Shown one piece after another: positions 13,770 through 24,738 of a stretch of 64,000 nt of DNA (positions are counted from its first letter, which is position 1; each line of letters opens with the position of its first letter). Position numbers and translations under genes: made by a program. Location: assembly GCA_951406725.2 (NCBI GenBank), contig OX597816.1:169632001-169696000 (forward strand), read 5' to 3'. Origin of the DNA: Octopus vulgaris (lineage: Eukaryota). Under the pieces are notes generated by a model. That model was not told where the DNA came from and searched no databases. It saw only the letters and a list, made by a program, of their open reading frames with translations.

Positions 13770-14160
13770 CTTAACCGGATTAATCTGCAGTCACCGACGT
13801 CAACCTATCCTGTTTGCTGATCCTTCAATCCCGTTTCAGTTCTATCTCGATCAAATTGGTTCACCGTCTTTATATTTTCCTAAATACCATTACGAAACAT
13901 CGCCAGCTGTTTTTTCAACTTACAAACCATCTACAATGCTATTCAGTCCTGCTTCACGTTCCATATCTGCACTTTCCTCTAACTCAGTGATTACAAACAA
14001 GACAAAACTTACTACAGAAGAAGAGAAGTTTCAAATGACGACATCCCCTGTAATTACAAAATCAAAAAGTAAACCAAGATGGCGAGTTGACTTGAAGAAA
14101 TATAGATGTGATCTGTGTAGTCAGTGCTTTTCACGAAGTAACACTTTAGTTACTCACAGG
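13770..14160 (+). CDS. C2H2 zinc-finger transcription factor, penultimate coding exon (S/T/P-rich region plus most of finger 1)
   Basis: Open frame ending KKYRCDLCSQCFSRSNTLVTHR, followed by a consensus donor AGG|GTAAGT at 14161 (phase 0). Probable acceptor ttttgcttttcAG at 13768-13769; in-frame stop at 13741. The 5' boundary is uncertain and the first in-frame ATG is at 13936. Confidence 0.85.
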
Positions 14161-15150
14161 GTAAGTCAAACCTCATCTACTACCCCTCATTAAATCAATA
14201 AGTCAATCGCTGACTTAGGTACACATCTAATCAATATAGTCACTGTCATTCTTGTATTCATTTTCTACGCAGTTAAATTTGGTCATGTGCCATGACCTGT
14301 TAAATCTCAGTGTTTTATTAACTAGTACTACTTATCGAGAATTCGTGTGAGCCGTGGAAGAAGTCCATGGTTCTCGGTTAAATTATGCCTGCCGTTTAGC
14401 AGGCTGAGTAGATAAACTTCAAAGATTTTCGATTATTTAATCGGAGTAAGAAAATTCATCTTCCATGTACACTCGTTAATCATATCATCAAGGAAACATG
14501 GCTGTAGTCCCTATACAGTCGAGGTGTCACAAGCTTTGTTAAACTCACTCCCAGAGTAATCGTTAAAATGCATTCCAAACTTCTTCAGAGCAAGAATATT
14601 CGTAAACTCTGAATAGTTGCTGACCGTCAACAAACAAAAAGGTATACTGTTTCTGCTACACGCAAAATAAAATAAAAAGAAAGAGCCAATATTAACCTAC
14701 TTCCAATATAAATGAGCTGGATGGCTCATTTGCAAAGAATCAATTAAAATATTCTCAAGCATAAACCGATAGGCATGTTTCGTCTATCTACCCCTTCTGG
14801 CTCAATTCTTTAAAAAATGGTGTTTTTGTCTTATGAATGAGCAAAGTGAATTTTACTTTCACCTCACCCTACATTATGTAACTGACTCTTCTCCTTAAAC
14901 TCGTAATAACGTTTCCCTCAAAATTTCTACTCATTAGTGTCGGCCATTGCAATTATTTGTCTATATAAATAATCAGACGTTTAAGCTGCTATGGCAGTTG
15001 TATCAATCTCATGAGTCTGGGGAGAAGTTGTAATGGTCCTGGATACCATAAATCCTTCTCTGCTAAATAACGAAAATATATAAAGAAATTATGGAGATGT
15101 ACTTGCATAGCAGGTGATTTGATCTGAGATCGTGTGCTGAAATGAAAACA

Positions 15151-15399
15151 ATTGCAGCGTGGAAGGTGTTTGTAAGCCATTTAAGAAACACACGAAATCC
15201 GTTCGATTCACTTCAACATTTAAGTTTAATTTGTCAAAATATTTTCGTCGCTTTAAGACCGAGCACAGATTTTTGTCAGTGAACAGGTCGCTGTCTTAAA
15301 ACGACGAAAATATTTTGACAAATTAAATTTAAATGTTGAAGTGAATCTAGCGGCTTTCATGTGTTTCTAAATGGCTTTTAAACATCTCCCAAGCTGCAA
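15151..15399. repeat. Fold-back (MITE-like) inverted repeat in the zinc-finger gene intron
   Basis: Arms of about 110 bp (ttgcagcgtggaaggtg...aatttgtcaaaatattttcgtcgctttaagac vs gtcttaaaacgacgaaaatattttgacaaatt...aagctgcaa) with a spacer of about 30 nt. An extra terminal arm copy lies at 15668-15718. Confidence 0.85.
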
Positions 15400-15772
15400 A
15401 TAAATCATCATTGATGTTATTTTATTGCGATTTCTTTTTATTATTCATGGAAAAGACAAAGTATATCTCGTAGAAAGTAGTTGACTGAACTCTAAACTCT
15501 ACACATATCCAAAATATGTAATGTCTTACTGTTCGAAGTGGAAATACTTTCTAGTACACTATTAGACTTTTTACAAATAACACAGTAATGTAGATTCAAT
15601 CAACTTTGCCCTCCCTCTTAAACAAACCACTAGTATGTGCATATATCAGTACATACATACATACACACGGCTTTTGTGTGTTTCTTAAATGGCTTACAAA
15701 CACCTTCCACGCTGCAATATAAAGAAATATTATTTTTTAATGGTATTATATTTTTCTTTCCTATAATTTCAG

Positions 15773-15958
15773 CGTATTCATACTGGCGAAAAACCATTCA
15801 AATGCGACAAATGTGGCCGTCATTTCCGGCAGCATGGCAACCTGACACGTCACAAGCTTACACACACCAGTATCAAACCTTTTGCATGTCACATATGTAA
15901 CCGGGCATTTAATCGAAGATCAAATTTAAAGACGCATTCTAAGATACATCGCCAATAA
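15773..15958 (+). CDS. C2H2 zinc-finger transcription factor, last coding exon (end of finger 1, fingers 2 and 3)
   Basis: Polypyrimidine tract plus AG at 15771-15772. Translates RIHTGEKPFKCDKCGRHFRQHGNLTRHKLTHTSIKPFACHICNRAFNRRSNLKTHSKIHRQ-stop, and splices in frame to 14160 to complete finger 1 (H-R-R-I-H-TGEKP). Missed by the ORF track because it has no start codon. Confidence 0.92.
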   Translation, partial: RIHTGEKPFKCDKCGRHFRQHGNLTRHKLTHTSIKPFACHICNRAFNRRSNLKTHSKIHRQ

Positions 15959-17043
15959 AGTTAAAAGCAAGCGATTTTGGAAGAATCTGAATTCAAAACT
16001 ACTCTATATACTTTGTTATTATTTTTGCATCTTTGTAAAATATTGTCGCAATACACAGCAGTAAAAAGCATTTTCAAAATTTTAACTTACTCGTTCTGGC
16101 AAAATAAATGGAAAAATTTACAAGAAAAAAAAAAAGATAGGAAAAGAGAAGAAAAAAGAAATCAAGAAATACTCAAATGCTTCCCAGCAATTATTTAAAC
16201 TACCAATAGTTTCCAAGGCGTGATGTTGCTTCGATGAAGGATAACACATCTGATGTAGGAACGATTTAAGAAAGAAAATATGTATCATCAGAGATTAGTC
16301 ATCTATCTCTCCATACGATACGAACGAACTAAATTATACGAGTGAATTATAAAATAAAAACTGTAAAAATGAAAAAAAAAAAAAAAGAAAATATGAAAAT
16401 ACCTAAAAAATTTCGCAGAAAGCTCGAAATAAATCGTACGATTTATAGTAATATAAAATATTTTTACCCTTCGTGATATATTGGACAGAAAAAAAAAAGT
16501 TACAATTCCAAATATCTGTTTTGAAATAGCAGTCTTCATCGTGAGAGCAATAATTTTCTGTCTGATATCTATATGATTACAGTTGACGCGCACTTTGAAA
16601 CGCGCGCACGCCCTCTCACTCTCTCACTCACTCACTTTTTCTATCATAGATATTTATGAATATACTTATTAAATACGAAAGTATTTATGACTTTGTTCCT
16701 AAAAAACATTTTCAAGTTATAAATTCGTGAAGAGGACATGCTGGATTGAAAGACCGAATGGCAGTAACATTTACTTATACTTTAGTCGGGTCTCATCCAC
16801 GTCAGTCGAATTAAAATCAAACCCATTATTTCAGTAAAAATGTTTGTATTCTCCCCTACGACAATGTTAAAAATGTATTCCACGGTTTAAATTATTTACA
16901 TTCCTATATATCATTATTCACAAATCGTTGTTTTATAAGAAACTTTCAAATTCTTTCTTTTATAGAATAAATTATTCCTATATTCTAAAGAGCGTTATCT
17001 GTTTTTACTCGCAATTACCAGTTTTACAACACCAGATGATTTA

Positions 17044-17300
17044 TCTATTATATAAAATCCGTTCTTTGCGTCTTCTAGGATCTCGGGCATCCTCCATCTG
17101 ATTGAGCTCAAATTTGATATGCAGATACCGACGGTATCAGGGCGTGTGTAAGTCTTGAAAAAATTACAAAAATCGATTCCAGGTGAGAATGATTTCGATA
17201 AAGCTGTGGGAGCGTGCATTTGTACGCGGAAGCACATCAGCTGTTGCGATCGATACTACGCGTGCGTAAGAAAAATGCACGTGCAGTTTGCGCAAAACAT
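17044..17300 (+). mobile_element. Possible Helitron-type 5' fragment
   Basis: Starts a|TCtattatataaaatcc and contains gattgagctcaaatttg, similar to Helitron 5' ends; no clear 3' end. Confidence 0.3.
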
Positions 17301-17579
17301 CATCATGCTTTTCCATCTAGATTGATCTCCAGCTAACCCATTTGCATGCATCGTTTTTGTCCTGCTTTTCTTCTGTCAACCTGTACATAACTGCACCTTC
17401 CATTTTTTGTTTGTTTTTGTACTGCTTAAAGGCACGTTTCTTTCCTGCCAAGCTTCCTGTTTAAACCATGTTTGTGTTCTCCCAGTCAACAGCCTTATCA
17501 TTACCGGTACTTTAAACCCTTCGGTTGCATATTTGTGTGAATAAAATTGTTCTTCTTTGGAATAGAAAAAAAGTCTATC

Positions 17580-17736
17580 TGGTGTGTTTACGTCCCCGTA
17601 ACTTAGCGGTTAGGCAAAAAGTAGAATAAGTAATAGGCTTACAAAGAATAAGTCCTGGGGCCGATTTGTTCGACTAAAGGCGGCACTCCAGCATGGCCGC
17701 AGTCAGATGACTGAAATAAGTAAAAGAGTAAAGAGT
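17580..17736 (+). mobile_element. SINE family A, 3' part
   Basis: ggtgtgtttacgtccccgtaacttagcgg...ccagcatggccgcagtcagatgactgaaataagtaaaagagtaaagagt. Confidence 0.85.
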
Positions 17737-18392
17737 ATATGTATAAAAAAATCTCATCACGCAATTGACCTAATGAAAGAGCCTGTACCTGGTCGCTTGA
17801 CACGCTAAAAATAGCAGCCAAAGTATCCCAACGTAAATCAGATGCCCATTGTATGTAATGTCTTACATTATCCCCAAAAAAGCTTGAATGTCTTTGATGA
17901 TAGGTTTGCAGTATCAGAGTTTATTTAAGGCTAAATAACAATATTATGTTAAATGTCTATATTAACATCCGCACGATTTTCACTAAGGGAAAAACAAAAT
18001 GATTTTTTGCGTGGAATTAAGTACCCTGACCTCCTAATATGCTGCAAATCCCTTATTTTGGTTCGGAAAAAAATGAGGTAGGCGGGGTGGTGGGGGTGGA
18101 TCCCAGAATCCTTGGAATTTTTTTTTTTCGTTGAATGAATTCCTGCGACCTCCTGATATTACAAAATTAGGTTACTTATGGTGAGCCTGGTAACTGATAG
18201 TTTTAGGGTCTTCCTGTTTGTAACATTTGGTGAGCCATGGTGCAACCAACAACATGGTAAATATTGAAATATTATCATCACTTATATGGAAAAATTGAAA
18301 TATTATCTTTCAGTAGTTTATAAGGTAAAATCTTAAATTATTAATTGACACTATTAATTATCTTAAAACAGCAATGCCTGGAAAAATCATGG

Positions 18393-18884
18393 ATTACATG
18401 GAAAACTGCGAGCATAAAAAGTATTATTCTTAAGATTATAAACCTGGAAAAGGACAGGACAAACTATTACTTCAAGTAAATTAAAGAATAAGAAACTTTT
18501 TACTTAAAATATTGCAGCTAAAATTAAATTTTTAATATAAAAAATTATTTTATTATAGTTTAGAAATAACACTATATTTATTTAAACAGAATTTGGCTAG
18601 TTTACTACTTTAAATAAAGAAAATAGTAACTAATTAGACAAACTTACAAATTGGCTGAACAGTTTTGTACAATAAATTTAAAAGATGAGAACTGTAAAGA
18701 GTGATAAATTAGAAGAACTGGCATTCTTTGCTGCAATAATTTAAGTAAAGAGTTTCTTATTCTTTACTTTACTAGAAGTAACAGCTTGTCCTATACTTTT
18801 ACATGTGTAATAACGTGCCCTGTACTTTTCCATGTTTATAATCTTAAGAGTATGACTTTTCATGCTCACGTTTTTCCATGTAAT
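18393..18884. mobile_element. MITE-like element with long imperfect terminal inverted repeats
   Basis: attacatggaaaa...cttaagattataaac...aagaataagaaact...attgcagc (18393-~18520) is the reverse complement of ~18725-18884, apart from an indel of about 28 nt. Confidence 0.75.
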
Positions 18885-20050
18885 ATATATAACGGGCTTC
18901 AGTACAGTTTCAAGTAGCCAGATTCACTCAGGCTGTTAGTGCATTGGTTTTGAAATTGAATAATTCCTGTTGATGTTGGAGAAAAGTAATCGGAGAATTT
19001 CAAACTTCTGTTGTAATTTCCATTGACCGATATAAAGATTGCTATGCGTGCATTCCATTGAAGTGACTCTTTGTTTCTATTCCAGGCGTCTGTCAGCAAA
19101 CATCTCATGTCAATACTGCATGTCAACTGTTGTTAATCGTAACAGCATCTCTTAAACTATTATCGTTTCAGAGATATCTGAGCTGGTATGCAAACAATCA
19201 GTCCATCAATCAATTAATCAATCGAACTAGTGAAAATCTGAAGCACGCAAATTTATTTTGTTTAGTAATTGGATATGCTGAACAGTCTGAGAGTAAAGTA
19301 AAAATGCTTTGCCAATAATTACTTTTAGTCGTAAAGTAATAGCGAAGTGTTAAGCACCTAAAGATACACTTATTGAATCCCTAAAACATATCGAAGATCT
19401 ATTTCTAAGAAAAACAAAAGCAATAGGATAACACAACATTTGATGCCAAAATCAGTTAATAGAATACGAGGAATCCATAAGGAAGCAGGATAATAGAAGG
19501 GAGCATTCAAAGCGTTCTTAAGTGATGCATGTATGTACGTGACGTGTACATGTATCTTGTAATAATAATCTCAACTTTTCTTAAAATGCATTAGTTTATT
19601 TAAATACGCAAAAACGACTGAGACCGCGACCTCGATAATTGAGAAATAGAGGATTATCTATATTTGTTATAATTTAGAACAAACAGTAAAAAGTTATTAT
19701 AGTACACGGAGTTTCAAATGTCGGAGCAAAGAGCTACGATACATTCTTGGTGGCTATTAATGGCAACAGACGCTATGAAAAACCGTTAAATAAAAGGGAA
19801 GTAACTCTAATAAGTGGGAAAAATATATAAAAAATACACGCAACTATATTCTCACAATACATAAAACCTCCGGCGTGTACATACGTATACACTCAACGAA
19901 ACATATATTTACACATACACACACACACACACAAACATATATGTATGTACGTACTCGTACATATACATATATCCACACACACACACGGTAAAAACGGTAA
20001 GATAACAAAAGAAAGAAAGAGACCTCAATACTATGTAGATAGAGGAAATT

Positions 20051-20096
<46 letters not shown>

Positions 20097-20645
20097 TTGT
20101 GTGTGTGTGTACACAACCCCATCCTGGTATACACATAGTCGCTTACATGCATACATCTAACATAATACAGCGTTAGTCGAGTACAGAGCGTAATAAGAAA
20201 ATGAGATGACAAAGGAACTAACAAATATCTTATATTCCAGACTCAGATAAAGGTATATGGCGTTACTTAGGCACTCAGCTATGAGTCCACTGCATCTTAG
20301 TAAAACGGCTGTAAAGCTAATGAAGTTCAGAAGATAATAGAAATCTGTGTTTGCGGGGAGAAATTTTAAATACATTGCTACGCCTACGCTTATATTTCAT
20401 ATCTTTTTAAAATAAAGCAAATTTGTATAATGTACTGCAATATATTATCAATGCTATTTCTTTAGTATTTGGACAATGTTGTAGAAACAAAAGAACATGA
20501 AATAATTCAGAATGAAAAAGGATAATAGCTATTTATTTCTATATTCTTGAAGATATAAATTTAATATCTTTTCACCTTTTAGTTTCTTTAACCAAGACAC
20601 TAGTTTACACAAAGAAACAAACACCAACACACATGAATGCATGTG

Positions 20646-20677
<32 letters not shown>

Positions 20678-20813
20678 TGTATGTATGTATGTATGTATGT
20701 ATGTATGTGTGTGTGTATGTATGTGTGTATGATTGTATTCAACTATATAGATATATTTCTATATATATTACTCATGCCTATATGTTATGTCATAACTATT
20801 TCTCTCTCTGTCC

Positions 20814-20847
<34 letters not shown>

Positions 20848-20963
20848 ATATGATACATATAGATAGATAAAGCGATAAGATCGTTTGTAGAAAACATAAA
20901 TCCAGAGAAGCACACTCTAAGTTTTCCTCTGTCTTCCCTTCTCTGGATCTTTCCTTCTCCCAT

Positions 20964-20998
20964 GTTTCCGACGAAGAGCTCTGCTCGAAACGTTAAAC
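20964..20998 (+). ncRNA. Minimal type I hammerhead ribozyme motif (Penelope-like)
   Basis: gttt-CCGACGA-A-gagc-tct-gctc-GAAAC-GT-T-aaac: stem I gttt/aaac, stem II gagc/gctc, palindromic stem III ACGT, U4C core variant. Confidence 0.6.
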
Positions 20999-21056
20999 CC
21001 TCCTTCTTTCCTTCTTTAATGAGCGTCCGTTACTTTTTGTGCTTTCTTGTTTGGAT

Positions 21057-21110
<54 letters not shown>

Positions 21111-22627
21111 AATAAATGCATACACGTACATACACACGCACATGCATATGTTTGTCATTTTTCAGTTTTATTTCAAAATTTCTTGCCAACAGAGATCCAA
21201 CCTAGAGATCTAACCTAGATCCAAGGCTCCTTCGGAATTTCAACATCAACAGGGTACTATTGTATGTATGTATGTATGTATGTATGTATGTATGTATGTA
21301 TGTATGTATGTATGTATGTATGTTTTGTTTTATGCATGTATTCTCGTAATTGTAGTTGCATGTCTATACATGTCTCATATATACCTAAATGATAAACATC
21401 TAGAAAGATTTACAGATTTATACAGTTCCATTGATGGCTTGGATCTGTAGTCTTCAAATCAGCTTTCTCCTTTTTAATTTTGAGAAGCCTAACTTTTTAA
21501 GATTGGTGTTTAGGCAGTGTGTTGCATTTCCCAGTGCCCCAATAATTATAGGTATAAACCTGAACTTGTAATCTGGATAGAGTAGCTGTAGATTCCTCAG
21601 TAGTTCAGCGTAGGCATTTTCTTTTTCGCTGATCGTTAGCTTTATGTTAACATCCACTGGGCAGCTGTTTTCCAAATCTGTACACAATTTCCCTTCTCTA
21701 TCCCAAATTACTATGTCTGGTCTATTGTGTTTGCATTTTATTGAGGTTTTCATTGGGATATTATACCAGTACTCCTTTTTATTATGAGTGGCTATGGCTT
21801 CTACCATACTGTGGATTCTTATCTCTTTGGCCTCGAGTTTATCCTTCTGACGGATTCTCTAATACAGTGTCCTAGCTACAACATCATGTCTCATCAGTAG
21901 ATAATACCGTGATGACATGTTCGGACAACTGCTTATGATGTGGGTGATATCTTCGGTATCAACTCAACTAAGTTTGCATCGTTTATTACATTTTGCTGCT
22001 TTTCCTGCGACTCTGTCCCTTTTGTGCATCAGGTATTTGGTTGATATTTCTTGTTCCTGGATTACAAACACATACCCTTCAAAGTGGGAGTTAGTAATCT
22101 ATTTGTTGGTCCATGATAGACTGCTTTGATGATCAATGTTACTATCATCCTAGAGCTTTCTGCTAACATATCCATGCACGGTCTTCTGCTGATATACTCT
22201 CATCCTTTCATCTGATGATGCGCTGCGGTAGAGTTGTGCAACTTCTTTGGGCATGTACTTAGGTTATAAGGCAAGGAATGTTGCTCAAAGAGCTGCTTTT
22301 CAAGTCTCATGATGTTATCGGCCTCGCGTATACAAACTCGGTCATGGGATGCACTTCGACATTTGGTGGTTAAAAGATGTTGCCAAAGGGATATGATAGG
22401 ACATTCAAAGGCAGCTTGGATTGATTTAATATCTTTATTTCAAGATTTCTTGCCAACAGAGAAAGAGCCCGTTTCTAACCTAGATCCAAGGCTCCTTTTG
22501 AAATAATGCATACACATACATACATACACACGCACATGCATATGTTTGTCATTTTTCAGTTTTATTTCAAGATTTCTTATACAACATTGTCCAAATAGAT
22601 AAAGAGATAAGATCGTCTCTGCCGCCT

Positions 22628-23014
22628 CGTTTTTGTTTTAGGTAGAGGTGGTCTTCGTCACAGTTCATGTGGAAATTAAGTGTGTTGGTTAGCATCTTCA
22701 CATCAATGTGCCATCGTAAGATATGCTTTCATCTACCCCAAGGTATTTGTAACATTCGTTTTTGTTTTAGGTAGAGGTGGTCTTCGTCACAGTTCATGTG
22801 GAAATTAAGTGTGTTGGTTAGCATCTTCATCTCAAGGTGCCATCGTAAGATATGCTTTCATCTACCCCAAGGTATTTGTAACATTCGTTTTTGTTTTAGG
22901 TAGAGGTGGTCTTCGTCACAGTTCATGTGGAAATTAAGTGTGTTGGTTAGCATCTTCACATCAAGGTGCCATCGTAAGATATGCTTTTATCTACCCCAAG
23001 GTATTTGTAACATT
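22628..23014. repeat. Tandem triplication of a 129-bp unit inside the R4-like element
   Basis: Units start at 22628, 22757 and 22886 and are nearly identical. Confidence 0.95.
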
Positions 23015-23332
23015 CCTCGTCAGGTACAAGGGAAACAGTTAAGTCATTGATGGAAATGTTTTCCCTCTTTTCACAACCAAGTAGCAACATTTATCCTGAC
23101 CAAACTACAACCCTATATCCTTTGCAAATTATGTAACCAGCTCAAGACCCTTTTTCATCATATGCATAATCTTTGCATAAAGTTTCAAGTCATCCACAAA
23201 GAAACAGTGTGCAATTTTGGTATTTCTGTTTCCTTGTAAACCACTGAGATATCCTTCAGACTTCCTTATCATGAATGACAAGGGGTTTACAGCATGTATA
23301 AACAACATCACAGAGAGGTTGCCCCCTTGGAG

Positions 23333-23557
23333 AGTTGGCAGACACGTTTGCGCGCTGGGCGGAATGCTTAGCGGTATTTCCTCTGTCGTTACGTTCTGAG
23401 TTCAAATTCCACCGAGGTCGACTTTGCCTTTCATCCTTTCGGGGTCAATAAATAAAAGTACCAGTTTCGCACTGGGGTCGATGTAATCGACTTAATCCCT
23501 TTGTCTTTCCTTGTTTGTCCCCTCTATGTTTAGCCCCTTGTGGGCAATAAAGAAATA
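23333..23557 (+). mobile_element. SINE family C monomer nested in the R4-like RT
   Basis: tRNA-like head (agttggcag...GAGTTCAAATTCC), Nin/Deu-like central ctttcatcctttcggggtc...aagtaccag, tail ending gcaataaagaaata. Confidence 0.85.
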
Positions 23558-24403
23558 TATACCTTTGCGATACTGTATTCTATCTGATAATACAATCACA
23601 CCTTGTTTTTAACTTCATGAAGTCAGTTCAGCAATGTTCACTAGAACAGCAAGTCAAAGAGCTTCAAGCATCCATTAGTGGGGGACAGAATCAAAGGCTT
23701 TATTGTAATCCAACCACATTGAAATGAGGTTCCTCCCATGCTCCCTCACTTATGACTTGTGATGATGTTATTGATGTTATGTGATGATGTTATTGCTTTC
23801 ACAACGGTCTTGCAGAAAGAGGTTTAAACATGCTGTGTATAAAATATACTTTAAATTCTGGCATGCAAGTGGGTGGTAGTTTTTTGCCTTGTGGGTGGTT
23901 CCGCATTTGTGGATCAGTTTTGTCTCTGTCAGAGCTAACTATTCCCAATGAGAGCTTGCTGGTGCAGGTTGATATGATATGGTTGGTAGAAGGTTAGCTT
24001 CTTGTTCCGGTATGCAACAATTAAGTCTCTTCCAGGTGCTTTTCCATCGTGAAATTTCTGGATCTCAGTTAAAATGGTTTCACCATCAATGTTGTATGTC
24101 TTGGGCGTTATGCAGGGACAATAGCTTCTTCGAATTTCTTCCAGCCTCAGAGCCTCTTGGTTAAACTCTATCTCTTCACGCTAGATTTTTCTCCAGAGGA
24201 GTTTATTTCTCTCGTGAAAGCGCCTCTGTGATGTTTACTGCTTCTCCTTTCGTGTCTCTGTACACTGCTGCCTGGCTCCGGTTCAAGTTTTTGTTTATTG
24301 TTTTTCTCTGATGTCGGAGTTTCTCAGTGACAGATTTTAGCTCCTGCTTGACGGTAAGCAGTTTGCAAGTGTGTCCCCATTTTTTTGCTCCAAACATCAC
24401 TTC

Positions 24404-24699
24404 TATGTATGTATGTATGTATGTATGTATGTATGTATGTATGTATGTATGTATGTATGTATGTATGTATGCATGTATGCATGTATGTATGTATGTATGT
24501 ATGTATGTATGTATGTATGTATGTATGTATGCATGCATGCATGCATGTATGCATGTATATATATATGTACGTATGTATGTACGTATGTATGTATGTACGT
24601 ATGTATGTATGTATGTACGTCTGTACGTATGTATGTGCGTACGTATGTATGTATGTATGTATGTATGTATGTACGTATGTACGTATGTATGTATGTATG

Positions 24700-24731
<32 letters not shown>

Positions 24732-24738
24732 TGTATGT
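24404..24738. repeat. (TATG)n microsatellite
   Basis: Directly visible. Confidence 0.95.

Larger units (their letters stand above)
21323..24403 (-). mobile_element. Degenerate R4/Dong-clade non-LTR retrotransposon (RT plus restriction-like endonuclease)
   Basis: Minus-strand motifs in order: WLDYNKAFDSVPH, KGI/LQGGNLS, HCFFVDDLKLY, YKYLG, LYLKQKRGGR, CCHC-like C..C(decayed)...EDITHIISSC, RHD, HNRPDIVIWD...EKENAYAEL...PIIIGALG. Many stops, deletions and nested insertions. Confidence 0.85.

Noticed and set aside
15637-15900. 87-aa ORF overlapping the zinc-finger exon
   Set aside because: Wrong frame; the real exon is 15773-15958 in another frame.
22628-23014. CRISPR-like array or in-frame coding repeat (129 bp = 43 codons)
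   Set aside because: No unique spacers, eukaryotic context, and each unit contains a frameshifted junction with a stop.
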